The notes beneath the pieces were generated by a model, which was not told the origin of the DNA, searched no databases, and worked only from the letters and a program-made list of their open reading frames with translations. This document shows positions 1 to 8,851 of a stretch of 64,000 nt of DNA, piece after piece. Position numbers and translations under genes: made by a program. Numbering within the stretch: position 1 is the first letter of the stretch; each line of letters opens with the position of its first letter. This stretch comes from Myxococcota bacterium (GTDB lineage: Bacteria > Myxococcota > B64-G9): positions 8,176 to 72,175 of the forward strand of contig DATKYQ010000002.1 of NCBI GenBank assembly GCA_035528415.1, written 5' to 3'.

Positions 1-855
1 TCGGTGGCGGACACGGCCAACGAGGGGCTCCTGCTTCTGGGCGGAGTGCTATCGCGCCGCCGCGAGACCGATGAGCATCCTTTCGGTTACGGGCGCGAGC
101 GGTATTTCTGGGCTTTCGTGGTGGCCCTGGTGATCTTCTCGATGGGCTCGGTGTTCGCCGTCTACGAGGGGGTGGACAAGCTGATCGAGCCGCACCTGCT
201 CGAGTCGCCAATCTGGGCGGTGGGCATCCTGCTGGTGGCCATGCTGCTCGAAGGCCTCTCGCTGCGTACGGCGGTGCAGGAGTCGAACCGCGAGCGCGGC
301 AATCTCGGCTGGTGGGCGTTCATCCGCCGTTCGAAGATTCCCGAGTTGCCGGTGGTGTTGCTCGAGGACATGGGCGCGCTGGTCGGGTTGTTCCTGGCGC
401 TTATCGGGGTGGGTCTGGCGATGTTGACCGGCGACCCCCGGTTCGACGCCATGGGCTCGCTGGCAATCGGGGTATTGCTGTTCGCCATAGCAGTGGTATT
501 GGCGATAGAGATGCGCTCTCTGCTGATAGGCGAGGCCGCCTCGCGCAAGGTGATAAAGGCCCTGCGCCAGGTGATAGAGAACCATCCCCCGGTGCGCAGG
601 TTGATCCACATGCGCACCGAGCACATCGGGCCCGAGGAGTTGCTGGTGGCGGTCAAGGTGGAGTTCGACCGCGAACTGGGTTTCGAGGGAGTCTGTTCCG
701 CGATAAACGCCATGGAAGTAGTCATACGCCAGGCGGTGCCGATAGCCAGGGTGATCTACATAGAGCCGGATATCTATCGTCCCGCCAGGGAGGACGAGCC
801 CCCCGACATGAGCGGCGTCGGTCCAGGCGAGCAGGATGCCGAAGGCCAGGAGTAG
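1..855 (+). CDS. Cation diffusion facilitator (CDF) family metal efflux transporter; 5' end lies upstream of the window (N-terminal ~70+ aa missing)
   Basis: Translation contains an HPFGYGRERY motif (CDF TM3-4 region), multiple TM helices and a C-terminal cytoplasmic domain (VKVEFDRELGFEG...YIEPD). Reading frame is open to the window edge; the M at position 4 is a GTG artefact of the ORF finder. Confidence 0.8.
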   Translation, partial: SVADTANEGLLLLGGVLSRRRETDEHPFGYGRERYFWAFVVALVIFSMGSVFAVYEGVDKLIEPHLLESPIWAVGILLVAMLLEGLSLRTAVQESNRERGNLGWWAFIRRSKIPELPVVLLEDMGALVGLFLALIGVGLAMLTGDPRFDAMGSLAIGVLLFAIAVVLAIEMRSLLIGEAASRKVIKALRQVIENHPPVRRLIHMRTEHIGPEELLVAVKVEFDRELGFEGVCSAINAMEVVIRQAVPIARVIYIEPDIYRPAREDEPPDMSGVGPGEQDAEGQE

Positions 856-1172
856 GAGCGTAAGGGGGTCACGTCTCATTCCCGGACTCTAGCGACTTTG
901 GCCGTGTCCGGTTTTCCCGACCACGGGTGTCCGAATTCCGGACACCCGGTCATTGATAACTGGTTGAGATTACGGGCATAGCCCGGCTGGCACGTTCATT
1001 GCTTGGCTATTCGACTATGCATGCAAGCAAGATGAAAAGAGGCTTGACAGACGATGCAAAAAGAGCGAATTTCGAGAAAGTTTTTACGAGAAATTTTTTA
1101 ATTCGGGTGGCACCGGGAGGTCTCTGGGGATCGGCCTTTTGCGATACCCTATAGTGCCGAAGGAGTACGAAA

Positions 1173-3440
1173 ATGAAGAAACTGACATCGATTACTTTGG
1201 TCTTTCTTGCCGGCGCCTGGTTTTCCGCCTGCGCGGGATCTTCAACCACAACCAGTTGCACAGACAATAACGATTGCGTCGCGGGCTACCTATGCGACCA
1301 GGGCAAATGCAACCAGCACGACCCCGTGCGGATTACCACCGAAAGCTTGCCGAATGCCACCATCGACGCCGAGTACGATTTCACCACTGAAGCATCCGAC
1401 GGAGTTGGATCTTACGAGTGGTCGCTCGGTGAACATCCGAGCTGGCTCGGCATCAACGCCGGAACGGGCGCGCTGAGCGGCACCCCGACCGAGGCGGCCA
1501 GCGGGCTGACCGTCAAGATTCATGTCAAGGACGCCTCCGAGGGCCGCGACAGCAGCGCCGATAAAAGCTTTACCCTTGACGTTTCGGTCTGCGTCGAGGG
1601 CGATACATCAATATGTCATGAAGTTCAGGACGACAAGTGCATGGAGGGCCGCAAGAACTGCACGGGCGGCCAGTGGAGTTCGTGCATGAACCTCGAGTAC
1701 TCGACCGACCGGGACTACTGCGGTCCCGGCTGCGACGTTTGTGACGGGGACGTGGCGGACGATTGTCTGCACGGCGCCTGTTCCTGCGGCGACTATGCGG
1801 CCTGCGAGGGTGCCGATATCTGCTGTGATAGTGATTGTCTCAATGGCAGCAGCGATGCCGAAAACTGCGGCGCCTGTGGCCTGAAGTGTGCAGACGGTAT
1901 GCAAAATGCCTCCAACCCGCACTGCACAGACGGCGTCTGCACCCATGATGCCTGTACGGCGGGCTTTCTCGACTGCGACGCGGACACCGCCAACGGCTGC
2001 GAGACCGTGCAGAGCACCCAGATCTGCGGTGCCTGCGACACCGATTGTACGCAGCAGATGCTGCACGTGGGCGCGAGCGAGTGCGTTGATGGAGACGGCG
2101 GCGGACAATGTGACTACACCGGCGACGGAACGCAGGGAGAGGGCTGTGACTTCGGCTTCCTCGACTGCGACGGCGATCGCGGCAACGGCTGCGAGACGGC
2201 TATCTCAGAGGAAAGCGAAGACAACTGCGGCTCGTGCGGTAATGCCTGTGCGGCCAAGTGCCAGGTGGCTCCGGAGGGCGATCACTACTACTGTGCTTGC
2301 ACGCAAAACTCCGAGTGCGGTTCCGGCGGTCAGTGCTGCGACGGCGCCTGTGTGGACTTGTTTGATCCGTCTCGTTGTGGAAGCTGTGACAACGACTGCG
2401 CCCCTCAGTTGGCAAATACAACGGACGTCCTGTGCAATCAGGGGACCTGCGACTATACTTCCTGCGCCCAGGGATATCTCGATTGTGATTCCGATCGTTC
2501 CAACGGTTGCGAGACGTCCTTCTCCAACGATGACTGCGGGTTGTGCGGGTTTTCCTGCGGTGCCAACGCCTTCTGCGACGTGGGAAACTGCGCCTGTGAC
2601 GCCGACTTCGGCAACTGCCTCGATGGATTCGCGGACGGTTGCGAGACAGACCTGCGGGTCAGCAAGAATCATTGCGGCGCCTGCGATATCAACTGCGATG
2701 ACCTGGTTGACCATGTTCGGGACAATCTGTGTGTCGATTCACTCTGCGATTTCACGAATTGCCTGCCGGGCTTCCTGTCCTGCGATGACGATCGCACCAA
2801 TGGATGCGAGGAAAACATCTGGGTGGTGGACGCATGCGGTTCGGGTTGTCAGGGCAGGGTCGACTGCAGCATCCAGGTGCAAAACAGCGATGACCAGATC
2901 TGCACCAGCGGCAATTGCGACTTTGGAAGCTGCCAGCATGGATATGGCGACTGCGATCAAGATCGAACCAACGGCTGCGAATACGATATCTATCAAACTA
3001 CGAGTTGCGGGCCCAACTGCAATCAGCTGGTGGATTGCACGGTGCAGACACAGCACGCATCGCAAATATTTTGTTCGGATGGATCGTGTGATTACAGTCT
3101 CTGCGGCATTGCCACACCTTTCTCAACCTGGGCCGATTGCGACGGTGACCGGACGAACGGCTGCGAGGAGCAGATTCGCGCGACCGACAATTGCGGGACC
3201 ACTTGCGACAACACTATCGACTGCAATGTACAGGTTCTAAACGCTGACGGCACGCTTTGTTTTGGGGGATCGTGCGACTATGATCTCTGCCTCTCCACTA
3301 GCGGCCATGACAATACTGACTGTGACGGTGACAGGACGAATGGCTGCGAGACCGATCTCAAGATCGATTTTTATAATTGCGGCTCGTGCGGCCACCCCTG
3401 CACGGTCATGCAAACATGCGTCAACGGCGTCTGTAGCTAG
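1173..3440 (+). CDS. Secreted lipoprotein with ~8 Myxococcus-type cysteine-rich repeats (CxxGxxDCDxDxxNGCE)
   Basis: AAGGAG RBS 8 nt upstream of the ATG. Lipoprotein signal MKKLTSITLVFLAGAWFSAC. Eight repeats ending in (F/Y)LDCDxDxxNGCE(T/E). About 14% Cys overall. Confidence 0.8.
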   Translation: MKKLTSITLVFLAGAWFSACAGSSTTTSCTDNNDCVAGYLCDQGKCNQHDPVRITTESLPNATIDAEYDFTTEASDGVGSYEWSLGEHPSWLGINAGTGALSGTPTEAASGLTVKIHVKDASEGRDSSADKSFTLDVSVCVEGDTSICHEVQDDKCMEGRKNCTGGQWSSCMNLEYSTDRDYCGPGCDVCDGDVADDCLHGACSCGDYAACEGADICCDSDCLNGSSDAENCGACGLKCADGMQNASNPHCTDGVCTHDACTAGFLDCDADTANGCETVQSTQICGACDTDCTQQMLHVGASECVDGDGGGQCDYTGDGTQGEGCDFGFLDCDGDRGNGCETAISEESEDNCGSCGNACAAKCQVAPEGDHYYCACTQNSECGSGGQCCDGACVDLFDPSRCGSCDNDCAPQLANTTDVLCNQGTCDYTSCAQGYLDCDSDRSNGCETSFSNDDCGLCGFSCGANAFCDVGNCACDADFGNCLDGFADGCETDLRVSKNHCGACDINCDDLVDHVRDNLCVDSLCDFTNCLPGFLSCDDDRTNGCEENIWVVDACGSGCQGRVDCSIQVQNSDDQICTSGNCDFGSCQHGYGDCDQDRTNGCEYDIYQTTSCGPNCNQLVDCTVQTQHASQIFCSDGSCDYSLCGIATPFSTWADCDGDRTNGCEEQIRATDNCGTTCDNTIDCNVQVLNADGTLCFGGSCDYDLCLSTSGHDNTDCDGDRTNGCETDLKIDFYNCGSCGHPCTVMQTCVNGVCS

Positions 3441-3453
3441 TTAAGTACCAGTT

Positions 3454-4947
3454 TCAAAACCTTCCCACCCAGACGATTCCCGCGCCCGTGGGGCCCACGC
3501 TCGGCAGCAGGCTCGACTCCGTGAAGATCTCCTTGGGCCTGTATGTCAAAGGCGCGATGATGGCCGTCAGCGCGGCGGCGCCGGCCAGGACGTAGCTGGT
3601 TATGGCCACACCCAGGCAGGCGTTGGCGTTTTGCTTGGCCGCATCCTTTCCCTTTTCCGTCACCGCTTTATTAAAATCCCGCATATAGCCTTCGTAGCCC
3701 AGGGTCGTACCCAGCCCTACTCCCAGCATGACACCGGCGGCGATTGTATAGGGCCACCAGGATCTGTACCAGGGACGCGGCGCGTAGTGAACCGGTAACT
3801 CGGGTAGCTGCTGTTCGGCAGGCTCCGGCCGGGCCGTCTCCTTCGGCAACGCGCGCGCCTCGATGGGCGGCTTGGCCTTGCCGGTCACTAAAAAGCCGGA
3901 CAAGTCGGCTGCGTAGCCGGCTACCTCTTCGGGCCCGGAACCCGCGTACTCCAGCCAGCCCTCGCGCAACTTGCGTCCCCGCTCTAGGTCTACCAGGGAG
4001 GCCGCCAGGTAGGCACGTCCCTTTTCGGTGCGGCGCCTGACCGCCACCAGGTAGCGCAGCCCCAGCCGTTCGCCCAGCCATGGCCACCACTGAGCAGGCA
4101 GCTTGTCGGCGCCGGCCGGCAGGCGCACGCACGGGTAGGCCAGGTCTAGCGCTATGGCGCCCTCGAAAGAAAGCTGAAAGCGAACGCGCACCGGCTGCTC
4201 GCCGACCTCTACCCAGCGCTGTGCGCCGCCCGTCTTCGGGTGCAACACCTGCAGGTGGTAGCGCCCCTGGGGATAGCTGCCGATGAAAGGCGTTTTGGCT
4301 ATCTGCTGGCCGTCGAGCAGGATCTCGGCCCCGGGCGGATCGCTTTCCACGGCTAACTGCCCCTGCGGCAGGCCGCCTAAGCGCTTTCTGGCCTTGTCCC
4401 AAAGCCGGATGGTTTTGGGCGAGTAATCTTGTCGGCTGAGTTCCATTTCCGGCCGCGTGCGTAGTACCACGGCGAAGCATTGCAGCGCCTGGTCTTCCTT
4501 CTTCAACCCGGCCAGGCTGATGCCTTGGAATATCTTGGTCTTGATCCACAGCCGCCAGCGCTCGGCGTCTACGGGCAGGCGGGCTATTCCTTCTTGAACA
4601 CGCTTCAAGGTAGAAAGCGCCTTGGCGTACTGAAAGCTGTACGACTGCAGGTATCCCTGCTGGAAGATGCCCTCCAGCCGCTCCAGGCCCTCCGCCGCCG
4701 GCCCGGCCTGCCCGCCGCCCGAGAGCAACACCGCGGTGCGCTCGGCCGAGAGCACCTCTATCTTTCCCCCGGCGGCAAGCTCGTGTTGCACGGCTCCTGC
4801 CAGGCGCGCAAGCAGACTGTCTTCATGGCCGTCGATCAACGCCACCACCGCAAGCGGACCCTTGACATCGCCAGCGGCGAACGCGCTGAAGGGCGAAAGC
4901 GCACAGGCGCAGAAGAAAAACAGCAGCGCGATCGAAAGTCTGGTCAT
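3454..4947 (-). CDS. PEGA-domain protein with signal peptide and C-terminal TM helix
   Basis: Signal peptide MTRLSIALLFFFCACALSPFSAFAAG. PEGA-like block ESDPPGAEILLDGQQIAKTPFIGSYPQGRYHLQV. Hydrophobic C-terminal helix; protein ends in F. Confidence 0.65.
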   Translation of the reverse strand: MTRLSIALLFFFCACALSPFSAFAAGDVKGPLAVVALIDGHEDSLLARLAGAVQHELAAGGKIEVLSAERTAVLLSGGGQAGPAAEGLERLEGIFQQGYLQSYSFQYAKALSTLKRVQEGIARLPVDAERWRLWIKTKIFQGISLAGLKKEDQALQCFAVVLRTRPEMELSRQDYSPKTIRLWDKARKRLGGLPQGQLAVESDPPGAEILLDGQQIAKTPFIGSYPQGRYHLQVLHPKTGGAQRWVEVGEQPVRVRFQLSFEGAIALDLAYPCVRLPAGADKLPAQWWPWLGERLGLRYLVAVRRRTEKGRAYLAASLVDLERGRKLREGWLEYAGSGPEEVAGYAADLSGFLVTGKAKPPIEARALPKETARPEPAEQQLPELPVHYAPRPWYRSWWPYTIAAGVMLGVGLGTTLGYEGYMRDFNKAVTEKGKDAAKQNANACLGVAITSYVLAGAAALTAIIAPLTYRPKEIFTESSLLPSVGPTGAGIVWVGRF

Positions 4948-4951
4948 TTGC

Positions 4952-6025
4952 TCAGAACCGGAATGTAGCGTCGAGAGCCATGCCTCCGGGAAGCGGGGCC
5001 AAGCCGAGATCGAAAGCCGGCTCTGCCGTGGGCGCAGGTTCGGCCGTGGCCAGGTCGATCACGGCGATCAGCCCGGCCGCCAGCAGCCCGGCGCCTCCCA
5101 GACCGTAGACCACGTAGGCCTGCAGGTAGCGCGAGTCGGCCTTGTCCTGGTACGAGTCGCCGCAGGTCAGGCCACCCTGGCGACAGTTGTCGGCGCTCTC
5201 TTGTGCCCCGTTCGCGCTGTGGTTCAGTATACCTGCCACTACCATGGCGACGGCTCCGGCGCCGGCCGCGGTCCAGAAGGGCCAGTCGCGGTAGAACGGC
5301 CGCGCCTGGCTGGCAATGGCAATCCGGGGTAAAAGGGCCACCAAGCGTACCGTCTTGCCGATAGGCACGCGCACCGTCCGCGAGAATGGCTCGTGACCGG
5401 GCTTCTTTATCTCGACAAGATGCTCGCCGGCCGCGATAGCGGCCAGCGGGCCCACCAGGGGGGCTACGCCCATCTTCTTGCCGTCGATCAGCACCTCGGC
5501 CCCGGTAACGGAAGTCTCGATCTCGATCGAGCCCTTGTAGCGCTCGGGCTCGAACATGGCAATGGTCAGCTCACGCAGCTTGTCGCCCGAAGGCGCGCCG
5601 TTGCTGCCCACACTGGCCGAACTGATCACTTTCTTTGCGCTGACATCGACCAGCACCAGGTGGGTGCGGGTTCGGCCGGTGCTCAGCCCGACCTCTCCGG
5701 CGATGACGAACCTGGCCCCGGCCGCACCGCCCAGGCCGGCCAGGCACTCGGCCCCGGTTCCGCAGCGCAGGTATTTCTCGTTGCCCTCGACCAGCAGCAC
5801 CGAGTCCATGGTCACGCCGTTCATCAAGGCGCCTGTGCGCTGTTTCTGAAAATATTCCCTGACCGCCTTTTCCACCCGGGCAACCAGTTCGGGAGTGGCT
5901 CCACCCGAGGGGGTGAAGTGCCACATCATGTGGGTCCAGCTCCCGGAACCGCCCTCCGGCGCGGCCATTGCCGGGCTGCCGGGCAGGACGACGACGGACA
6001 AGATGATGATCAGCAGAAAACGCAT
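4952..6025 (-). CDS. PEGA-domain protein (paralogous architecture to the neighbouring gene), signal peptide plus C-terminal TM
   Basis: Signal peptide MRFLLIIILSVVVLPGSPAMAAP. PEGA block IEIETSVTGAEVLIDGKKMGVAPLVG...GEHLVEIKKPGHEPF. Only 4 nt from the downstream PEGA gene, so probably an operon. Confidence 0.65.
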   Translation of the reverse strand: MRFLLIIILSVVVLPGSPAMAAPEGGSGSWTHMMWHFTPSGGATPELVARVEKAVREYFQKQRTGALMNGVTMDSVLLVEGNEKYLRCGTGAECLAGLGGAAGARFVIAGEVGLSTGRTRTHLVLVDVSAKKVISSASVGSNGAPSGDKLRELTIAMFEPERYKGSIEIETSVTGAEVLIDGKKMGVAPLVGPLAAIAAGEHLVEIKKPGHEPFSRTVRVPIGKTVRLVALLPRIAIASQARPFYRDWPFWTAAGAGAVAMVVAGILNHSANGAQESADNCRQGGLTCGDSYQDKADSRYLQAYVVYGLGGAGLLAAGLIAVIDLATAEPAPTAEPAFDLGLAPLPGGMALDATFRF

Positions 6026-6095
6026 GGGATTGTGACCCTCCCGCGGTCTATTTATCTCAAGGCCGTATAGCTGTCAACATTGTATCCTGGTGATC

Positions 6096-6869
6096 TCAGT
6101 AGAAGTTCTGCGTGTTCCAGCTGTCCTCATAACCGATTCCTATGCCAGTGAAACCGCAGCGCATGATGTTGCAGTGGTGCGATAGATCGGGGCAGGGCGG
6201 TTCGTTCGAGCCGTTCATGTACAAGTCTATTTCGCAGGGCGGATCGCAGCCGTAGGCGCAGTTTTGTCCCCAGGGGAAATCGGCGTGGAACAGCCCACCC
6301 TGGGCCTTCATCTGGATCGAGTGGTTGCGCCCGTGGGCCGACCACTCGAGGCTATAGGCCAGGGGCTTGTGGCACTCGGGCGCATCGCCGTCGTCTTGTG
6401 TGGCCCGGGTGAGATTGACCAGTTCATACTGCCAGCACTCCCACTCGTTGGGTTCGAACCACGAGTCGTTCTGTCCGTCGTTGTCGTAGTCGTAGTCGAT
6501 AGCGCCGCCTGTGCAAATCTGCCCGCTGGGCACGCAATCGAGCCCGTCGATCGTTGAAGGCGTGTATCCGGCTTCGCATGCACAGACCGGACCGTCGCTC
6601 CAGGTGATTGTGCTCCCGTGACCCGAGCAAGTCTGACCGTCGTCATGTCCCGCGTCCCACTCGTCGCTTCCGGGATCCGAGCCGGGGTCCGACCCGGGAT
6701 CGCCGGTCGGGTCCGTAACGTCGGCGCCCCCGTCAAGGGCATCGGCATCGATTCCATGGCCGGCATCCTGAGCGTCGGAGTCAAGTTGGATGATCCCCGT
6801 GCAGCCGCAAGCAAGGAGCGTAAGCAAGGCAAGGCAATAAAAATGCAACCAGCGCAAAAGAGCCTCCAA
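6096..6869 (-). CDS. Cysteine-rich secreted lipoprotein, hypothetical
   Basis: Lipobox LLACGC. Asp/Gly-rich linker (GDPGSDPGSDPGSD). 20 Cys in the C-terminal half. No recognisable catalytic motif. Confidence 0.55.
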   Translation of the reverse strand: MEALLRWLHFYCLALLTLLACGCTGIIQLDSDAQDAGHGIDADALDGGADVTDPTGDPGSDPGSDPGSDEWDAGHDDGQTCSGHGSTITWSDGPVCACEAGYTPSTIDGLDCVPSGQICTGGAIDYDYDNDGQNDSWFEPNEWECWQYELVNLTRATQDDGDAPECHKPLAYSLEWSAHGRNHSIQMKAQGGLFHADFPWGQNCAYGCDPPCEIDLYMNGSNEPPCPDLSHHCNIMRCGFTGIGIGYEDSWNTQNFY

Positions 6870-6972
6870 CGAAGCGCACCAATTCTACCACATGAGCGGC
6901 ACGATCTCGACCAACGACCGCCTTTGACCGCATTTGACATTGATGATACTGGTGATCACCCGGAGGTGAGCG

Positions 6973-8754
6973 ATGAACGTTCCCGAAAGAATCGAATCCC
7001 TGCGCAAGCTGATGTCGGAGCACGACCTGCGGGCCTACATCGTACCCAGCGCCGATCCGCACCAGAGCGAGTACGTAGCCAGGTGTTTCAGGCGCAGGTC
7101 TTTCCTCTCGGGCTTCACTGGTTCGGCCGGCACACTCGTTGTGTGTGCCGACAAGGCCGGCCTGTGGACCGACTCGCGCTACTTTGTACAGGCTTCGAGG
7201 CAACTCGAGGGTAGCGGCATCGAGCTTTTCAAGATGGGCGAGCCCGCGGCGCCGGAACTGGAGGCCTGGTTGGCGGCCGAACAGGGCGCCGGCGGCAGGG
7301 TTGGCCTCGACCCGCGCCTTTTCTCGCTTAACTCCTTCGAGAAACTCACTCGAACACTCGAACCCGCGGGCGTCGAAATCTTGGAAGTCGACGACAATCT
7401 GGCCGATCATGTCTGGGGAGCCGAGCGCCCGGCGCCGCCGGCCGGCGAGATCCGCGTTCATCCGGGTGACTACGCGGGCGAACCTTCCGGGGCGAAGATC
7501 GAAAGGCTGCGCGCGCTGCTCGCCGAGCGCGCCATTGCAGCCCACGTAGTCTGTGCCCTTGACGAGATCGCCTGGCTGTTCAATCTGCGCGGTGCCGACG
7601 TGTCTTACAACCCGGTCTTCATCGCCTATGCCGTGGTCGAAAAAGTGGGGGTCTCCCTGTTCGTCGACGAAGGCAAGCTTTCACCCGCGGCTCGCCGGGC
7701 GCTCGGCGGCTACGTTACGGTCAAACCGTATTCCGAAATCGAAAAGGCTCTTTCCGGCCTTGGTCGGACCGGCGCGCGGGTGTGGCTCGATCCGGCCACT
7801 TGCTCCCGCTGGATCGAAAGCCGCCTGACGGGCACCGGCGCCGAGTTGATCCGCGAAACCGGGCCGCTGCCGGCCTGGAAGGCAAAGAAAAACACCGCCG
7901 AGATTACCGGCTTTCGCGCGGCCCACTTGCGCGAGGGCGAGGCTCTTACCAGGCTGCTGGCCTGGCTGCACGAATCTGCCGCGGGAGCATGTGAACAGGA
8001 CGTAGTGGACAAGATCGAGGAGATCCGAACGGGATTTCCGGAGTACATCGGTCCCAGCTTCGAGACCATAGCGGCCTGCGGACCCAACGGGGCCATCGTG
8101 CACTACGGTGTAACGCCCGAAAGTAACCGCAAGCTGCAACCCGGTGAGATATTGCTGGTCGACACCGGCGGCCAGTACACGGACGGCACAACCGACGCAA
8201 CGCGCACCATGGCGCTCGGGAGTCCGAGCGCCGAGCAACGCCGGGCTTACACCGCCGTGCTCAAGGGCCACCTGCTGCTTTCGCGCAGTCGCTTCCTGGC
8301 CGGGGCCGACGGCTACCAACTGGACGTTTTGGCCCGCGCGCCGCTCTGGGGGGCCGGTTTGCACTACGGTCACGGCACGGGACACGGGGTGGGCGCGGCG
8401 CTGTGCGTGCACGAGGGGCCATTCAGCGTATCGATGCGCAAGGTTCTCGTGCCGCTCGAGGTCGGCAATGTCCTTTCCATCGAACCCGGTTACTACAAAG
8501 AGGGCGCCTTCGGTATTCGTATCGAGAACCTGGCACTGGTGTCAGAGCGTGAGCAGACCGATTCGGGCACTTTCCTGGGTTTCGAAACCCTGACACTGGC
8601 TCCCTACGAGCGCGACTTGATAGAAATCGACAGCCTGTCTTTGGAAGACATTGAGCAGATAAACGACTATCACCAGAGAGTGTATGAAGAGTTGGCCTCC
8701 AGGTTGGACGACCGGATAAAAACCTGGCTACGAAAGGCGACCCGTCCGCTATGA
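6973..8754 (+). CDS. pepP: Xaa-Pro aminopeptidase (M24B family, aminopeptidase P-like)
   Basis: N-terminal creatinase/prolidase-like domains. M24 metal-binding core (HGTGHGVG...EPGYY...IRIEN...E) and the C-terminal domain typical of three-domain aminopeptidase P. Confidence 0.85.
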   Translation: MNVPERIESLRKLMSEHDLRAYIVPSADPHQSEYVARCFRRRSFLSGFTGSAGTLVVCADKAGLWTDSRYFVQASRQLEGSGIELFKMGEPAAPELEAWLAAEQGAGGRVGLDPRLFSLNSFEKLTRTLEPAGVEILEVDDNLADHVWGAERPAPPAGEIRVHPGDYAGEPSGAKIERLRALLAERAIAAHVVCALDEIAWLFNLRGADVSYNPVFIAYAVVEKVGVSLFVDEGKLSPAARRALGGYVTVKPYSEIEKALSGLGRTGARVWLDPATCSRWIESRLTGTGAELIRETGPLPAWKAKKNTAEITGFRAAHLREGEALTRLLAWLHESAAGACEQDVVDKIEEIRTGFPEYIGPSFETIAACGPNGAIVHYGVTPESNRKLQPGEILLVDTGGQYTDGTTDATRTMALGSPSAEQRRAYTAVLKGHLLLSRSRFLAGADGYQLDVLARAPLWGAGLHYGHGTGHGVGAALCVHEGPFSVSMRKVLVPLEVGNVLSIEPGYYKEGAFGIRIENLALVSEREQTDSGTFLGFETLTLAPYERDLIEIDSLSLEDIEQINDYHQRVYEELASRLDDRIKTWLRKATRPL

Positions 8755-8851
8755 AAAAAATCGGTGTCCTGGTACAGATTGATTCCAGATCTTTCACAGG
8801 CTTGCCACGTCCATAGCACATATGACCGCAAACCCCAGGAGGGATAAAAAC

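Noticed and set aside
1888-3240. 450-aa + strand ORF overlapping the Cys-rich repeat gene in another frame (and the 1608..2108 / 2205..2714 minus ORFs)
   Set aside because: Ala/Arg/Thr-rich low-complexity translations typical of off-frame GC-rich DNA. The in-frame gene has signal peptide, RBS and a coherent repeat architecture.
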